A stretch of DNA of 64,000 nucleotides from an uncultured Desulfosarcina sp. (GCA_963674945.2 CAXXWQ010000004.1:1120001-1184000), one strand, 5' to 3'; numbered from the stretch's first letter, positions 31,429-41,880 are shown. A program made the numbers and translations. Notes: generated by a model not told the origin, from the sequence alone.

Positions 31429-32520
31429 ATGTTCGCAGCCAACGCTCAATCGCATCGCCAGACCCTTCGCCCGAAACCGTTTGCCAGGCTAACCACCATT
31501 GCAGCCGTCCTTGTACTGGCCATGGGATTATTTGCCTGTGGCGGCAGTGATTCTACTTCGACCCCCACGAGCACCACACCAATCACCACTTACAATTACA
31601 AGGAAGTTTTCACCGACAGTATACGGGAACTGACCCCCAATGTTGGAACATCGGCCGTAACCGATTGGGATGGCTGGAGCGCCTGCCACCCCGATGACAT
31701 CCACCGATATTCTATTCTCAACAAACTCTTCAACATCGATAACGGCGTGGAGAGCATCTTCGGTCCGGTGGCGTCCGTTGAAAACATTCTGGACATTCTC
31801 GAAAACTATGAAGAACTATCCGAAAACGGCACCCATGAGATCGGCGACGGTGGCGTGACCTATACCGCCGTGGTCTCCGACTATTCCGGTGATTTCACCG
31901 TGCCGTACTTCGAAGACACCCAGACGGGACTGTCCAAGCAGGTGGTCATCACCTCATCGGACGACAGTTTCAGCACCATGGTCGCCTATGACATGGAGGG
32001 TGATGACAAGGCCCTGGTCGCCCATACCAAACATGTTTTCGAACACAATTCATACGAACTGTTTCGCGCCAACTTCAACGAAACCACGCAGGTCCTCCAG
32101 GTCTGGGTGGCCTACGCGGACGATGATCCCGATACCTTCAAAATCCAGTTTATCTGGAAAGGCAACGTCGAAGAGGGCACCTTTGTCCTGACCCAATCCA
32201 CCAATGCCGCCAAAGAAGACTTGGACCATGACGGCATCTATGAAGTCGATGGAATGTGGACGGTCATGGGCGGCGGCAATATGGACAGCGAGATGGCTTT
32301 CCGCGCCATTACCAACGACAGCCCCACCGATGATTATTTCGTCGTGGTAACCATGGACGATATCCTCTCTGCCACTGCACCGGCAGGTTACCCGGCCGAA
32401 TCCACCGCAATCGATTCGACCACCGACGCCGTGCAAGGCTATATCGATACAAATCACGAGAGTTGTCTTGGCTGGCTGACCGGATATCCGGATATTGACG
32501 ACTTGGCCTGGGACTACTAA
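31429..32520 (+). CDS. Acidic lipoprotein, unknown function
   Basis: Lipobox LFAC, Ser/Thr linker, very D/E-rich, DLDHDG motif; AGGAGG SD. Confidence 0.82.
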   Translation: MFAANAQSHRQTLRPKPFARLTTIAAVLVLAMGLFACGGSDSTSTPTSTTPITTYNYKEVFTDSIRELTPNVGTSAVTDWDGWSACHPDDIHRYSILNKLFNIDNGVESIFGPVASVENILDILENYEELSENGTHEIGDGGVTYTAVVSDYSGDFTVPYFEDTQTGLSKQVVITSSDDSFSTMVAYDMEGDDKALVAHTKHVFEHNSYELFRANFNETTQVLQVWVAYADDDPDTFKIQFIWKGNVEEGTFVLTQSTNAAKEDLDHDGIYEVDGMWTVMGGGNMDSEMAFRAITNDSPTDDYFVVVTMDDILSATAPAGYPAESTAIDSTTDAVQGYIDTNHESCLGWLTGYPDIDDLAWDY

Positions 32521-32566
32521 TCCGTAAACGAATTCATACAGACACGATGATCTTTGGTAACAGGGC

Positions 32567-34138
32567 CTACGGGCGCGGATCATCCTCCGTGCCCCGCGGT
32601 CCTTGTGCTTTTATGGCATAGAGGTGTTCGACGGTTCTTACCCAGCCCGAAGGAAAATCCATTGCCCAGGGTGTCAGACGGTAGGCAGTAATGGTACGGG
32701 AAAAAGTTGCCTTATCTTTGGGCAGGTAAACCGACAGACCGCCATATCCGGTATGCTGCTGAAAGCGACCGATCATGACACCGTCCGGTCCTTCGATCCT
32801 CCCTTCCATCTCTTTCATACCCAATGCGTTGCATAATCGGGGCATGTCCACCATGGCATCCCGGAGAATCGTCGCGGTGGAGATGTTGGGTACGCACTGC
32901 CTGACATCATCCAGTCGGCGGAAATTTTGCACCGCTTCGAAATGGCGGTTCCACTGCCGGGCCATGGGTTCGATCCGCGTGGCCTCGAAAGCGGCGGTGG
33001 AAATGGGATATCGTGTCTTGCCAAAGGCCCGGGCATAGCTATCAACCACTTCCAGCGCCAATTGGCGTGGCGTGATTTGATCGGACCGCCCCACCGCCTC
33101 CAGCAACATCGTGTAATCCAGCCCCCTGGATGGTGTCTGCATCTGGTTCAAAACCAGAAAATCGGCGGCATCTTTCAGCGTCCACAGCGTCTCCACATCG
33201 GCCATCAGACAGCTGTCCATTGCGATGAGGTCGAAGTGATGCCATTTGGCGGCTTCAGCCAGGCTCGTTCCTTTCAGGTTCCGCCGGTACTCATCCGGCC
33301 CCGCCGCTCCGATTACCGAAGACGGCCCCAAATCATCGCCGAACCATCCGTTACCGTGGCCTGCCAAAAACAAAGCATATCTTCGTGCAGGAAAGTTGTC
33401 CGCAATAAAGCAGATGAACTGTCTTTGGGTCTTTTCGTCGGCCGCCACCAGATTGATCCGTCCTTGGCCGCGTATCGGCAGGAGGTAATCCGTCTTTTCC
33501 AAAAGCAATTGCAAAAGATCATCCCGTGTTCTGTCCGAAATATCACGCAGCTTGTAGAGACCGCCCTCTCGCCGATACGCTGTAAGGATGCGACGGCGGT
33601 CCCGGAAATCCGTCAGGTGCTCCAAGACCAGCTGTTCGAAACGGTTTGCATCGACGGCAGGCGGCAATTGAGACGTTACAGGGGAACCCAAAACCAGATT
33701 GATGGGCTCGACCACATGGAAGACACGTGTTCCCTTCCATGAAGTGATGGGATTGTCCTGCTCGAAACGCTCGTCCCGATCGAAGAAAACCACCACATGG
33801 GTCTGCTTGAGAGAGGCGGCCCCCTTGATAATCTCCCGCAGATTACGTGCCTGTTCATGTTCAAGGGAATTTTCACCCGCCAGATAAAAGGCAAAGGTCC
33901 ATTGGGCCTGGGACGGGGGTACGGAGCGATTCTGGCCAAAACAGACATCGATGAAAAAGAGGGATGCCATCATCAATAAAACAGATGACCATAAGAACCG
34001 TTCCGCTGCATAAAGTGGGAGAGTTTTCACAATGTGGTAAATATCACCTCGATAAAATAACGCTATTTCGTTTTTTTCAAACAAAAATTCTATGATATTC
34101 GACGCAACGCATTCATGCAATGAAGATCTTTCAATCAA
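32567..34138 (-). CDS. Clostripain-like cysteine peptidase (C11); start uncertain, possibly near 33973
   Basis: WTFAFYLAGENSLE, FFDR, FPARRYALFLAGHGNGW, MDSCLMA, GLSVYLP motifs. Confidence 0.8.
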   Translation of the reverse strand: MIERSSLHECVASNIIEFLFEKNEIALFYRGDIYHIVKTLPLYAAERFLWSSVLLMMASLFFIDVCFGQNRSVPPSQAQWTFAFYLAGENSLEHEQARNLREIIKGAASLKQTHVVVFFDRDERFEQDNPITSWKGTRVFHVVEPINLVLGSPVTSQLPPAVDANRFEQLVLEHLTDFRDRRRILTAYRREGGLYKLRDISDRTRDDLLQLLLEKTDYLLPIRGQGRINLVAADEKTQRQFICFIADNFPARRYALFLAGHGNGWFGDDLGPSSVIGAAGPDEYRRNLKGTSLAEAAKWHHFDLIAMDSCLMADVETLWTLKDAADFLVLNQMQTPSRGLDYTMLLEAVGRSDQITPRQLALEVVDSYARAFGKTRYPISTAAFEATRIEPMARQWNRHFEAVQNFRRLDDVRQCVPNISTATILRDAMVDMPRLCNALGMKEMEGRIEGPDGVMIGRFQQHTGYGGLSVYLPKDKATFSRTITAYRLTPWAMDFPSGWVRTVEHLYAIKAQGPRGTEDDPRP

Positions 34139-34346
34139 AGGGACGTTGTTTATAATCTATACTATAATTCTTTCGGGAACCTTTTAACAACGCACGAATT
34201 TCAAATTGTAAACAATGTCCCCTGACAATCTGCCCGAAAGACACGTAAGATGAGGACGTGCACTGCCAAAAAGGATTCGACTTGCCAGACAACCATATAC
34301 CTCTTATTTTCTTCAGAGATGAAAACCGACAAGCAAGGAGGCACAT

Positions 34347-34550
34347 ATGACCACGACTACATTGACCGTTCCCAATATTTCCTGTAGCCACTGCGTATCG
34401 GCCATCGAATCCGAACTTCGTGAGATGGAAGGTGTATCCAGCGTCAAGGCCGATGCTGAAACCAAGATCGTTACCGTCGGCTGGGATGCACCGGCCACAC
34501 TGGATGCGATTCGGGCCACATTGACGGAAATCAACTACCCTGCCCAATGA
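34347..34550 (+). CDS. copZ: Copper chaperone
   Basis: ISCSHC HMA motif; overlaps the copA start. Confidence 0.9.
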   Translation: MTTTTLTVPNISCSHCVSAIESELREMEGVSSVKADAETKIVTVGWDAPATLDAIRATLTEINYPAQ

Positions 34551-36982
34551 TGAGCGAACAACACCTGATCCTGCCCGTCACGGGTATGACCTGTGCCAAC
34601 TGCGCCATGAACATCGCCCGGGGTCTGAAGAAATTGCCGGGGGTGAGCGATGCCAACGTCAATTTCGCCGCCGAACAGGCCTCGGTGGACTTTGATCCCA
34701 AGCAGACGACACCCGAAGAGCTGATCCAAAAAGTTGAAAAGCTTGGATTCGGTGTCACGGTAAGCCGGGTCGACTTTCCCGTCAGGGGCATGACATGCGC
34801 CAACTGCGCCGCCAACGTGGAGCGGGCCCTTGGGAGAAAGACGCCCGGCGTTGTGGCTGCCACGGTCAATTTCGCCGCCGAACGGGCAACGGTCCGATAC
34901 CTGCCTTCCATGGCCACCGTGGACGATCTGGCAGCGGCGGTGGAAAAAGCCGGATTCGGTGCCGTGATCGAGCATGACGACGAGGGGACCGATGCGGAAG
35001 CCGAGGCCCGCCGTCGGGAAATCGCCGACCAGACCCGCAAATTCATTGTGGGCGCGACCTTCGCCCTTCCCCTTTTTGCCATGAGCATGGCAAGGGACTT
35101 CGGGATCACCGGGTCGTGGAGCCACCAGAGTTGGGTCAACTGGCTTTTCTGGGTCCTTGCCACACCAGTTCAATTTTATACCGGGTGGGACTATTATGTA
35201 AGTGGCGCAAAGAGTCTTCGCAACGGGAGCGCCAACATGGATGTTCTGGTTGCCATGGGGTCGAGCACCGCCTACGTGTATTCTCTGGCCGTGCTGTTTG
35301 CTCCCGCCCTGGGCGATCATGTCTATTTCGAAACCTCTGCGGTGATTATCACACTGATCAAGCTGGGCAAACTGCTGGAAGCCAGAACCAAGGGAAAGAC
35401 CGGCAGCGCCATTCGAAAGCTCATGGGACTTCGCCCGAAGACCGCCACGATCCGCAGCGGCGATAAAGAGATTGACGTGCCCATCGAGCGGGTCCGCTCC
35501 GGGGACCTGGTCCTGGTACGCCCCGGCGAGCGCATCCCCGTGGACGGAAAGGTCATTGACGGCAGTTCCAGCGTGGACGAATCCATGCTCACCGGCGAGC
35601 CCATCCCCGTGGATAAAAAACCTGGCGACACGGTAGCCGCCGGTACCATCAACGGCCAGGGAATGATGACGTTCACCGCCACTCGTGTGGGAAAAGAGAC
35701 CGCCCTGGCGCAGATCATCCGCCTGGTGCAGGAGGCCCAGGGAAGCAAGGCGCCTATCCAGGCGGTGGCCGACCGGGTGGCCGCCGTTTTCGTACCGGCG
35801 ATCATCGTGATCGCCATGGTTGTATTCGCCCTCTGGTGGATGATCGGCGGCGATTTCGTCACGGCCATGATCCGCATGGTCGCCGTCCTCGTCATCGCCT
35901 GCCCGTGCGCCCTGGGGCTGGCCACGCCAACGGCCATCATGGCCGGTACCGGAAAAGGAGCAGAGCAAGGCGTTCTGTTCAAAAACAGCCGGGCCCTGGA
36001 AAACAGCACGGAGCTGAACACCGTCGTACTGGACAAAACCGGCACCATCACCCAGGGCAAACCGACGGTCACCGACCTGATGCCAAATGGTGGTCTCGAT
36101 ATTACCGAAGAGACGTTGATCCAGTTGGCCGCATCGGCGGAAAAAGGGTCGGAGCACCCCCTGGGCCGGGCCATCGTGGAAAAAGCCGAGGATTTGGGGG
36201 TGACACTCTTGTCGCCGGAAGGATTCAGGGCCCTGCGGGGTGATGGCGTAGCGGCGATGGTTGCGGGGCGGTCCATCCGCGTGGGCAGACCGGACTGGTT
36301 CGATGCCGATGGATTCGACGAAAAGATGGCACGAACGATATCCGATTTCCAGGATCAGGGAAAAACCGTCGTCGTGGTAAAGGAGACGGACCGGGTGCTG
36401 GGGCTGATCTGCATTTCGGATCGGATCAAGTCCGATTCTCCCGAAGCTGTCGTCCGCTTGAAGAAAAAGGGGATCGAGGTGGTGATGCTCACCGGCGATA
36501 ATCGCCGGGCTGCCAAGGCAATCGGTCGCCAGGCGGGAGTGGACCGGGTGGAAGCCGAAGTGAAGCCGGATGAGAAGGCATCCCTGATCAAGGCACTTCA
36601 GGATCGTGGAAAAATCGTGGCCATGGTGGGAGACGGAATCAACGACGCGCCCGCCCTGGCCCAAGCCGACGTGGGGTATGCCATCGGTACGGGAACCGAT
36701 GTGGCCATCGAGACGGCCGACGTGATCCTTGTCGCCGGTTCACTCAAAGGCGTCGTCCGTGCCATGGATCTGAGTCGGGCCACCATGGCCACCATCCGGC
36801 AGAACCTCTTTTGGGCCTTCTTCTATAATGCCGTTCTAATTCCCGTAGCCGCCGGCGCCCTCTATCCGCTCACGGGGCTTCCCATGATGCTTCGCCAATT
36901 GCATCCCATCCTGGCCGCACTGGCCATGGCTTTTTCCAGTATCTCTGTGGTGAGCAACAGTCTGCGACTGTATCGGCGATAG
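34547..36982 (+). CDS. copA: Cu(I)-translocating P1B ATPase
   Basis: Two GMTCANC domains, [23 protein letters not shown] and MAFSS motifs. Confidence 0.95.
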   Translation: MMSEQHLILPVTGMTCANCAMNIARGLKKLPGVSDANVNFAAEQASVDFDPKQTTPEELIQKVEKLGFGVTVSRVDFPVRGMTCANCAANVERALGRKTPGVVAATVNFAAERATVRYLPSMATVDDLAAAVEKAGFGAVIEHDDEGTDAEAEARRREIADQTRKFIVGATFALPLFAMSMARDFGITGSWSHQSWVNWLFWVLATPVQFYTGWDYYVSGAKSLRNGSANMDVLVAMGSSTAYVYSLAVLFAPALGDHVYFETSAVIITLIKLGKLLEARTKGKTGSAIRKLMGLRPKTATIRSGDKEIDVPIERVRSGDLVLVRPGERIPVDGKVIDGSSSVDESMLTGEPIPVDKKPGDTVAAGTINGQGMMTFTATRVGKETALAQIIRLVQEAQGSKAPIQAVADRVAAVFVPAIIVIAMVVFALWWMIGGDFVTAMIRMVAVLVIACPCALGLATPTAIMAGTGKGAEQGVLFKNSRALENSTELNTVVLDKTGTITQGKPTVTDLMPNGGLDITEETLIQLAASAEKGSEHPLGRAIVEKAEDLGVTLLSPEGFRALRGDGVAAMVAGRSIRVGRPDWFDADGFDEKMARTISDFQDQGKTVVVVKETDRVLGLICISDRIKSDSPEAVVRLKKKGIEVVMLTGDNRRAAKAIGRQAGVDRVEAEVKPDEKASLIKALQDRGKIVAMVGDGINDAPALAQADVGYAIGTGTDVAIETADVILVAGSLKGVVRAMDLSRATMATIRQNLFWAFFYNAVLIPVAAGALYPLTGLPMMLRQLHPILAALAMAFSSISVVSNSLRLYRR

Positions 36983-37042
36983 TAAAATCCGAGGCAAGAT
37001 AGCCCGGCATTGGCTCCCCCTGGAAGACAAGATGTTTTGCGG

Positions 37043-37837
37043 TCACGAGGAACCCGTCCGTTCCAAAAATTCATCGGCGAGGTCTCTGTAGTCGATGGCA
37101 CCGTAACTGCTTTTTCGATAGAACACAACCGGCTTTCCCGCCTCGGCGCTTTCGGCGATGGTGGCGTTCATGCGGATCGCGGTGTCGAATACCAGGTCCT
37201 TGTATCGCTCATCGGTTTTCAATCGCTCCATCACCAGTTTGGCCACACGGGTTCGCAAATCCACCATCGTGGGAATGATACCGGTGATGGAAAGGTCCGG
37301 GTTGATCTCCTCTTTCACGGCGTCGATGGTATCGAACAATTCTCCCAGTGCCCCGAACGCATAAGGGTGTGTCTGACAGGGCACCAGCACCTCTGTGGCG
37401 CAGGTGAAAACATTGACGGTCAGCAAAGAGAGGCTGGGCGGCGTATCCAGTATAATGAAATCGTATTTTCCGAATGCCGGCACCAGCACGTCATACAGCA
37501 GGTTTTCCCGCCCATCCACATCCACCAACTCGATCTCGGCACCGGATAGATCCACGTGGGAGGGAATCAGGGACAATCCTTCCCATGACGTTGAAACGAT
37601 AGCATCGTCCAATGCCTTTTGACCGTTGCCGGTAATCAGATCATAAATCGATACCGTCGTCTCTTCGGTGGAAACGCCCAGCCCTTTCGTCGCATTGGCC
37701 TGGGGATCCATATCCACCACCAATACCTTCTGATGGGAAAGTGTCAACGCCGCCGCCAGATTGATGACCGTCACCGTCTTTCCGACACCGCCCTTTTCGT
37801 TCGCCACCGCAATCGCTCTGGTTTGCTTGTTCGCCAT
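37043..37837 (-). CDS. ParA/Soj family ATPase (orphan)
   Basis: NEKGGVGKT, DMDPQAN, DTPPSL motifs; no parB adjacent. Confidence 0.92.
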   Translation of the reverse strand: MANKQTRAIAVANEKGGVGKTVTVINLAAALTLSHQKVLVVDMDPQANATKGLGVSTEETTVSIYDLITGNGQKALDDAIVSTSWEGLSLIPSHVDLSGAEIELVDVDGRENLLYDVLVPAFGKYDFIILDTPPSLSLLTVNVFTCATEVLVPCQTHPYAFGALGELFDTIDAVKEEINPDLSITGIIPTMVDLRTRVAKLVMERLKTDERYKDLVFDTAIRMNATIAESAEAGKPVVFYRKSSYGAIDYRDLADEFLERTGSS

Positions 37838-37859
37838 GTCCTTTCCTTTTTGTAAATAA

Positions 37860-40109
37860 TTATTTCAAGTCCGATTCGGCATAAAGCTGGTCCTTGAGAT
37901 GCCCGATCCGCCCGGAAATGGCCGGCAAGGCCTTTGCCATCTTGTCGAGGACTGCCAACACATTCTCCTTGTCCAGACTTTTCTCCTCCATTAGTTTCGC
38001 GAGACGCGACAGATCACTGCCATGGTATTGAAAACGTGCCAACATCTGTTGGTACAGGGTATCGGCGGCGGCATCGGCCAGTTTCAACAGGTATTGAAAT
38101 TTGATGTTTTCCCTGTAGTCTTTCAGATGAAACAGGACGGACCGCTCGGTCTCCCGTTTCATCCGTTTCACCCCCGATGCCAGCGCCAGCGTTCGCTCTC
38201 GGTTGTCTTTCTCGGCTTTTTTTCGAAACGCGTTTTTAACGAGATGAAAGATTTTGAAAAAACCGAGTCGCATGATCGCCTCGGTTTTCATTTGGGTGGA
38301 ATAGTGCATGGTCGCAGCGGCAGGCGGGAGGGACAATCCGGCCCGCTTCCGTATCGCACCGAGTTCGGAACCGATGGTGATGGGAGACAAGATTCCTTGC
38401 TCCCGCAATCCTGAATCACCCGTGTCCCGGACGTATTGTGCCATGGCTTCATCGATCATGGTCCCGAAGGGACCTGCGATTTCGTCGAGAACGGACATGA
38501 GTTTTTTTTCCTGGGCCCTGGCGAACTGGATAATCCGTGGGGTAACCGTCTCGGCCATATGGGTATCCAGTGACTGCTTGAAATCCTGATAGACCAGGTA
38601 CAAAATGTTGGCAAATCCCGTTTGGTCCAGATTTCCGTCGTATTTTGCCGTTTCCACCGTATAACCACGAACAAACCGTATCACGTCATCCACGATCCCG
38701 TCGTCCCGGCCCTGGAAGAATCGGTCGGTATCTGCTTTCAACTCCTGCTTGATCTGATTTACGGCACCGTCCAATGTGTTTTTCAAGGTCCGCTTCAAAC
38801 GGTCCAGTCGTTCCCGCTGCTGCTGGATACGCTTGACAAGCAATTTGGCTCCGCCGGAATTTTGCCCGAGTAGATCGAGATTCAATGCAATCCAATTTCC
38901 AAATCCGGCAGCCACGACCTCCAGCCGCTCCAGGTTGTTCTTTATCAAGAGCGCGTGCCGTTCGCGATTGATCTTCCCATCCAGATAACGGTGGAATTCT
39001 TCCCACTGATGGTTCGAAAAATCGACCATCTGTGTCTCTCGGTTCCAGTGGGAAAGGCGCTCTTGGTCTCTCTGGGAAAGATCGGATGCCATCTGGGACA
39101 AAAGCAGGTAAAGCGCGGAAAAGGTAAAAATCACCGGTTCGGGACAGATCAATCGAATATCCGCCTCGATTCGCTTCATTCCGGCGGACAACTCCTCCAC
39201 TGTGTCATGCTCGCTGAAATCGCAGTTGACAGCGAAGAGGACCGAGTCCAGGATTCCCATTTTTCGAATCATGGTGAGAAATCGGATGTCCGCCTGGCGA
39301 AGCCCCGTCCTGCTGCTGACCACATAGACCGTAAGGTGAGCCACCGTCAGATAATCCTGAATCATGGCCAAATGAAGGGGATTTGGCGAATCCGCTCCCT
39401 GGCAATCGGCGATCTCCACGGCCCGTCCCAGCCCGGATGTATCGATGTGAAGCAAGACGTCGGTAAGGTAGACGGCAAGGTTGTCGTCACCGACGAAATC
39501 CCGATGCCGGGGAAATTGATCCATTTCAAAGGTGACGCTGCCGTGATCCGAGGCGACGATATCAGAAATCCGGTCATATCCCGTAAGATAGGAATTCATC
39601 AAAACACTGCCGGGACTTCGTGTGTCGTTGGTGATCAACTGGTCGGCAGCCAGCCCCGTCAAGGCCTGTCCCAATTCCTGGCGGTCCTCTTCCCGCCGGA
39701 TATCGAAAGGGTTGTCCGTCGAAAACCGTTGATGGGCCGGAAACAACACCATCGCCTCATCAATTTCTCTGTTGACCTCTTCCCAGCTTTTCAGACAGAG
39801 GGTCGCCCGCAAAGGACTTCCGGTTCGAATCCGGGTGACGATGGAGGTCACCACCCCGGCGCCGCGCTTAAGGTAATCACCGCCCAAGACGGCGTTTACC
39901 AGGGTACTCTTGCCCGACTTGATGGCTCCCACCACGGCGATACGCATCGTCTCTTCGGGTATCTGTTCGATGATGGTCTTACATGATCGCTTCCAGTGAG
40001 AGATCCCCTCATCCGTCATCTCTGGAATCGTTTCGGCATCATCGAGAAGACGAAGCGTATCGGTACTGAGCTGGACTAGTTCCTGTTTGTGTGTCTCGTA
40101 TGTTGACAT
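37860..40109 (-). CDS. Bacterial dynamin-like GTPase
   Basis: GAIKSGKST (G1), GVVTS (G2), DCQG (G3), long helical C-terminus, 749 aa. Confidence 0.85.
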   Translation of the reverse strand: MSTYETHKQELVQLSTDTLRLLDDAETIPEMTDEGISHWKRSCKTIIEQIPEETMRIAVVGAIKSGKSTLVNAVLGGDYLKRGAGVVTSIVTRIRTGSPLRATLCLKSWEEVNREIDEAMVLFPAHQRFSTDNPFDIRREEDRQELGQALTGLAADQLITNDTRSPGSVLMNSYLTGYDRISDIVASDHGSVTFEMDQFPRHRDFVGDDNLAVYLTDVLLHIDTSGLGRAVEIADCQGADSPNPLHLAMIQDYLTVAHLTVYVVSSRTGLRQADIRFLTMIRKMGILDSVLFAVNCDFSEHDTVEELSAGMKRIEADIRLICPEPVIFTFSALYLLLSQMASDLSQRDQERLSHWNRETQMVDFSNHQWEEFHRYLDGKINRERHALLIKNNLERLEVVAAGFGNWIALNLDLLGQNSGGAKLLVKRIQQQRERLDRLKRTLKNTLDGAVNQIKQELKADTDRFFQGRDDGIVDDVIRFVRGYTVETAKYDGNLDQTGFANILYLVYQDFKQSLDTHMAETVTPRIIQFARAQEKKLMSVLDEIAGPFGTMIDEAMAQYVRDTGDSGLREQGILSPITIGSELGAIRKRAGLSLPPAAATMHYSTQMKTEAIMRLGFFKIFHLVKNAFRKKAEKDNRERTLALASGVKRMKRETERSVLFHLKDYRENIKFQYLLKLADAAADTLYQQMLARFQYHGSDLSRLAKLMEEKSLDKENVLAVLDKMAKALPAISGRIGHLKDQLYAESDLK

Positions 40110-40124
40110 CTCGATCGATCGTTA

Positions 40125-40265
40125 GTGCTCATCCAGAAATGGCCAATTTTCCCGATATCTTTGTTGCGCGAATAATTTCATCCTCAGAATATTAACTATA
40201 TGCTTGCGGTAAAATTTTTCGTGCGCCTCGATCTCGACCAAATTTTCCTATTTCCGGAGAAACAC
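40125..40265 (-). mobile_element. MITE-like fold-back repeat, family A (141 bp, inverted)
   Basis: Reverse complement of the family consensus, TA on both flanks, 15 nt upstream of the dynamin ATG. Confidence 0.9.
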
Positions 40266-40365
40266 TAGTTAGGGTTGGGCAATCCTTGGTGCGCACAGGC
40301 GACAGACGTTTTTTACATTTTATCCATGCGATTGTCAAAACCTTCCCAGACAGCCGCATAATGGC

Positions 40366-40394
40366 TTGTAAATCTTATGATTTAATGATATAAC
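40366..40394 (+). promoter_or_regulatory. sigma70 promoter of the small Cys-rich ORF
   Basis: TTGTAA-17 nt-TATAAC with extended TG. Confidence 0.6.
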
Positions 40395-40459
40395 GCGTCT
40401 CAAGTTCATTACGATGGGCGGCTAAAAAGCGCAATATCAGCATAAGGAACCCGAGACAC

Positions 40460-40615
40460 ATGTCAGAAAAACACCCGGAGTGCCCATTATACAACCCGCT
40501 TAACTGCAAGGAGTATTATAACCCCAAGCTCTGCGCATTTGTTCGAAAAGACAAGGTTTGTCTGAAAAAGAAAAAACCGAAGCAGAAGCCCAAAAAGGCG
40601 AATTCCGACTCTTAA
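40460..40615 (+). CDS. Unannotated 51-aa Cys-rich basic protein
   Basis: MSEKHPECPLYNPLNCKEYYNPKLCAFVRKDKVCLKKKKPKQKPKKANSDS; AAGGA SD-like sequence and its own promoter. Confidence 0.7.
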   Translation: MSEKHPECPLYNPLNCKEYYNPKLCAFVRKDKVCLKKKKPKQKPKKANSDS

Positions 40616-40817
40616 GGGTTTACTTCACACCCTTTTTTCCTTATCCGCAAGTTCAATTCAAGAAGAAAACACGCAATCGTCAGCTTTTCATCAAATCGTT
40701 ATCATTTTTCCCTGTCGGCCGTCATGCCTTCCGGTTCAGTCCGTTGTGATGGAAAGAGCATCATTTGTAAAAGCACGGCCCGATGCAGAGTCTTCGGTAA
40801 AGTGTACGGTGAGTCGG

Positions 40818-41384
40818 TTACGCATGGCCGGCCGTGTCGGACAACAGGGCGGGGTCGATACCGATGCTTTCCATGACGGCACTCCATTTTCTCTCGACGG
40901 CAATTTGAAAGGCAATCTTTTCCGAATAGGGACCGTTGATCCAGGCATTGCCGCGAATTTCGCTTTCCAGTTGCCCCGGTCCCCATCCGGCGCACCCCAA
41001 TGCAATCATGAAAGATCGGGGTCCGCGCCCCATGGCGATGGCTTCTAAGATATCCCGTGAATTGCTGAGGGCCAGCGCTTCGGTGACCATCATGGAGCCC
41101 GACCATCCGAAAGGATCGCTGTGCAAAACGAATAATTCATTTAAATGAACAGGCCCGCCGATATAAATGGGAATGTTTTCCGCGCCCGGCGCTGCGGCAA
41201 TCTGCAGTTCATCGAAGATCATCTTCCCGTTGACCTCCGGATGAACCCGGGTAATGACGATCCCCATTGCCCCTTTGGGGTTGTGCTCGGACAGGCAGGT
41301 AACAGACTGGTAGAAGTTGGGATCCTGCAAACCGGGCATGGCCACAAGAAATTGCCCTTTCAAGGATTGCCAAGTCTCTTCCAT
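40818..41384 (-). CDS. YqgE/AlgH (DUF179) family protein
   Basis: FLVAMPGLQDPNF, GGPV, GWGPGQLESEI, AGHA motifs; GGAG SD. Confidence 0.93.
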   Translation of the reverse strand: MEETWQSLKGQFLVAMPGLQDPNFYQSVTCLSEHNPKGAMGIVITRVHPEVNGKMIFDELQIAAAPGAENIPIYIGGPVHLNELFVLHSDPFGWSGSMMVTEALALSNSRDILEAIAMGRGPRSFMIALGCAGWGPGQLESEIRGNAWINGPYSEKIAFQIAVERKWSAVMESIGIDPALLSDTAGHA

Positions 41385-41402
41385 ACGCGTTATCTCCACA
41401 AT

Positions 41403-41539
41403 TAAGCGATTAGCGATTAGCAGTACACCGTCAAAGAGTTGCCTAAATTTTGCATTTCATCCAACAAATGAACATTGAATTGAAGATAGATGCGCAACCG
41501 TTAAGAGCCAACAGCCAATTGCTGAAAGCGAACCGCTTA
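41403..41539. repeat. Heptamer (tagcgat) fold-back element, copy 1
   Basis: taagcgattagcgattagcag ... ttgctgaaagcgaaccgctta imperfect inverted ends; related to 52431-52505. Confidence 0.6.
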
Positions 41540-41641
41540 TCTTTGGTTACTGTAACGATTGAATCGACCATTGGCAACAAAAAGCTTGACTTGCCCCAAA
41601 CAGACTGTTAGGGGTGGAAAATTAGTGAAAATGGCAAAGCT

Positions 41642-41743
41642 ATGAAAAACAGATTCTCCCCCATCAGCATTCTCGTTCTTATTCTTATCCTCGTCGTGGG
41701 CGTACTCGTCCACAACGAGGAACCGGGGGTGATAGCGGCCTGA
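41642..41743 (+). CDS. ilv operon leader peptide (33 aa)
   Basis: MKNRFSPISILVLILILVVGVLVHNEEPGVIAA; 14 of codons 8-23 are Ile/Leu/Val. Confidence 0.9.
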   Translation: MKNRFSPISILVLILILVVGVLVHNEEPGVIAA

Positions 41744-41805
41744 CAAAGCCAATAAAGAAATTAAAAAATCCGTTATCACCCCAGAGGCGATAACGGATTT
41801 TTTTT
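41726..41805 (+). terminator. Attenuator: antiterminator and intrinsic terminator
   Basis: Terminator aaaaaatccgttatcacc-ccaga-ggcgataacggatttttttt; ggggtgatagcgg (41726-38) is complementary to ccgttatcacccc (41770-82). Confidence 0.9.
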
Positions 41806-41880
41806 GCTTTTACCACCAGTCATGCACAAAGTGCCAACCGAGCAGGGGCAGCGAATGGAAAACGGAAAGGACCTTTTTCA

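Noticed and set aside
34535..36664. 709-aa antisense ORF over copA, and similar long shadow ORFs over purL, ilvC, leuA and dxr
   Set aside because: Typical antisense open frames caused by GC-rich codon bias; no recognisable motifs
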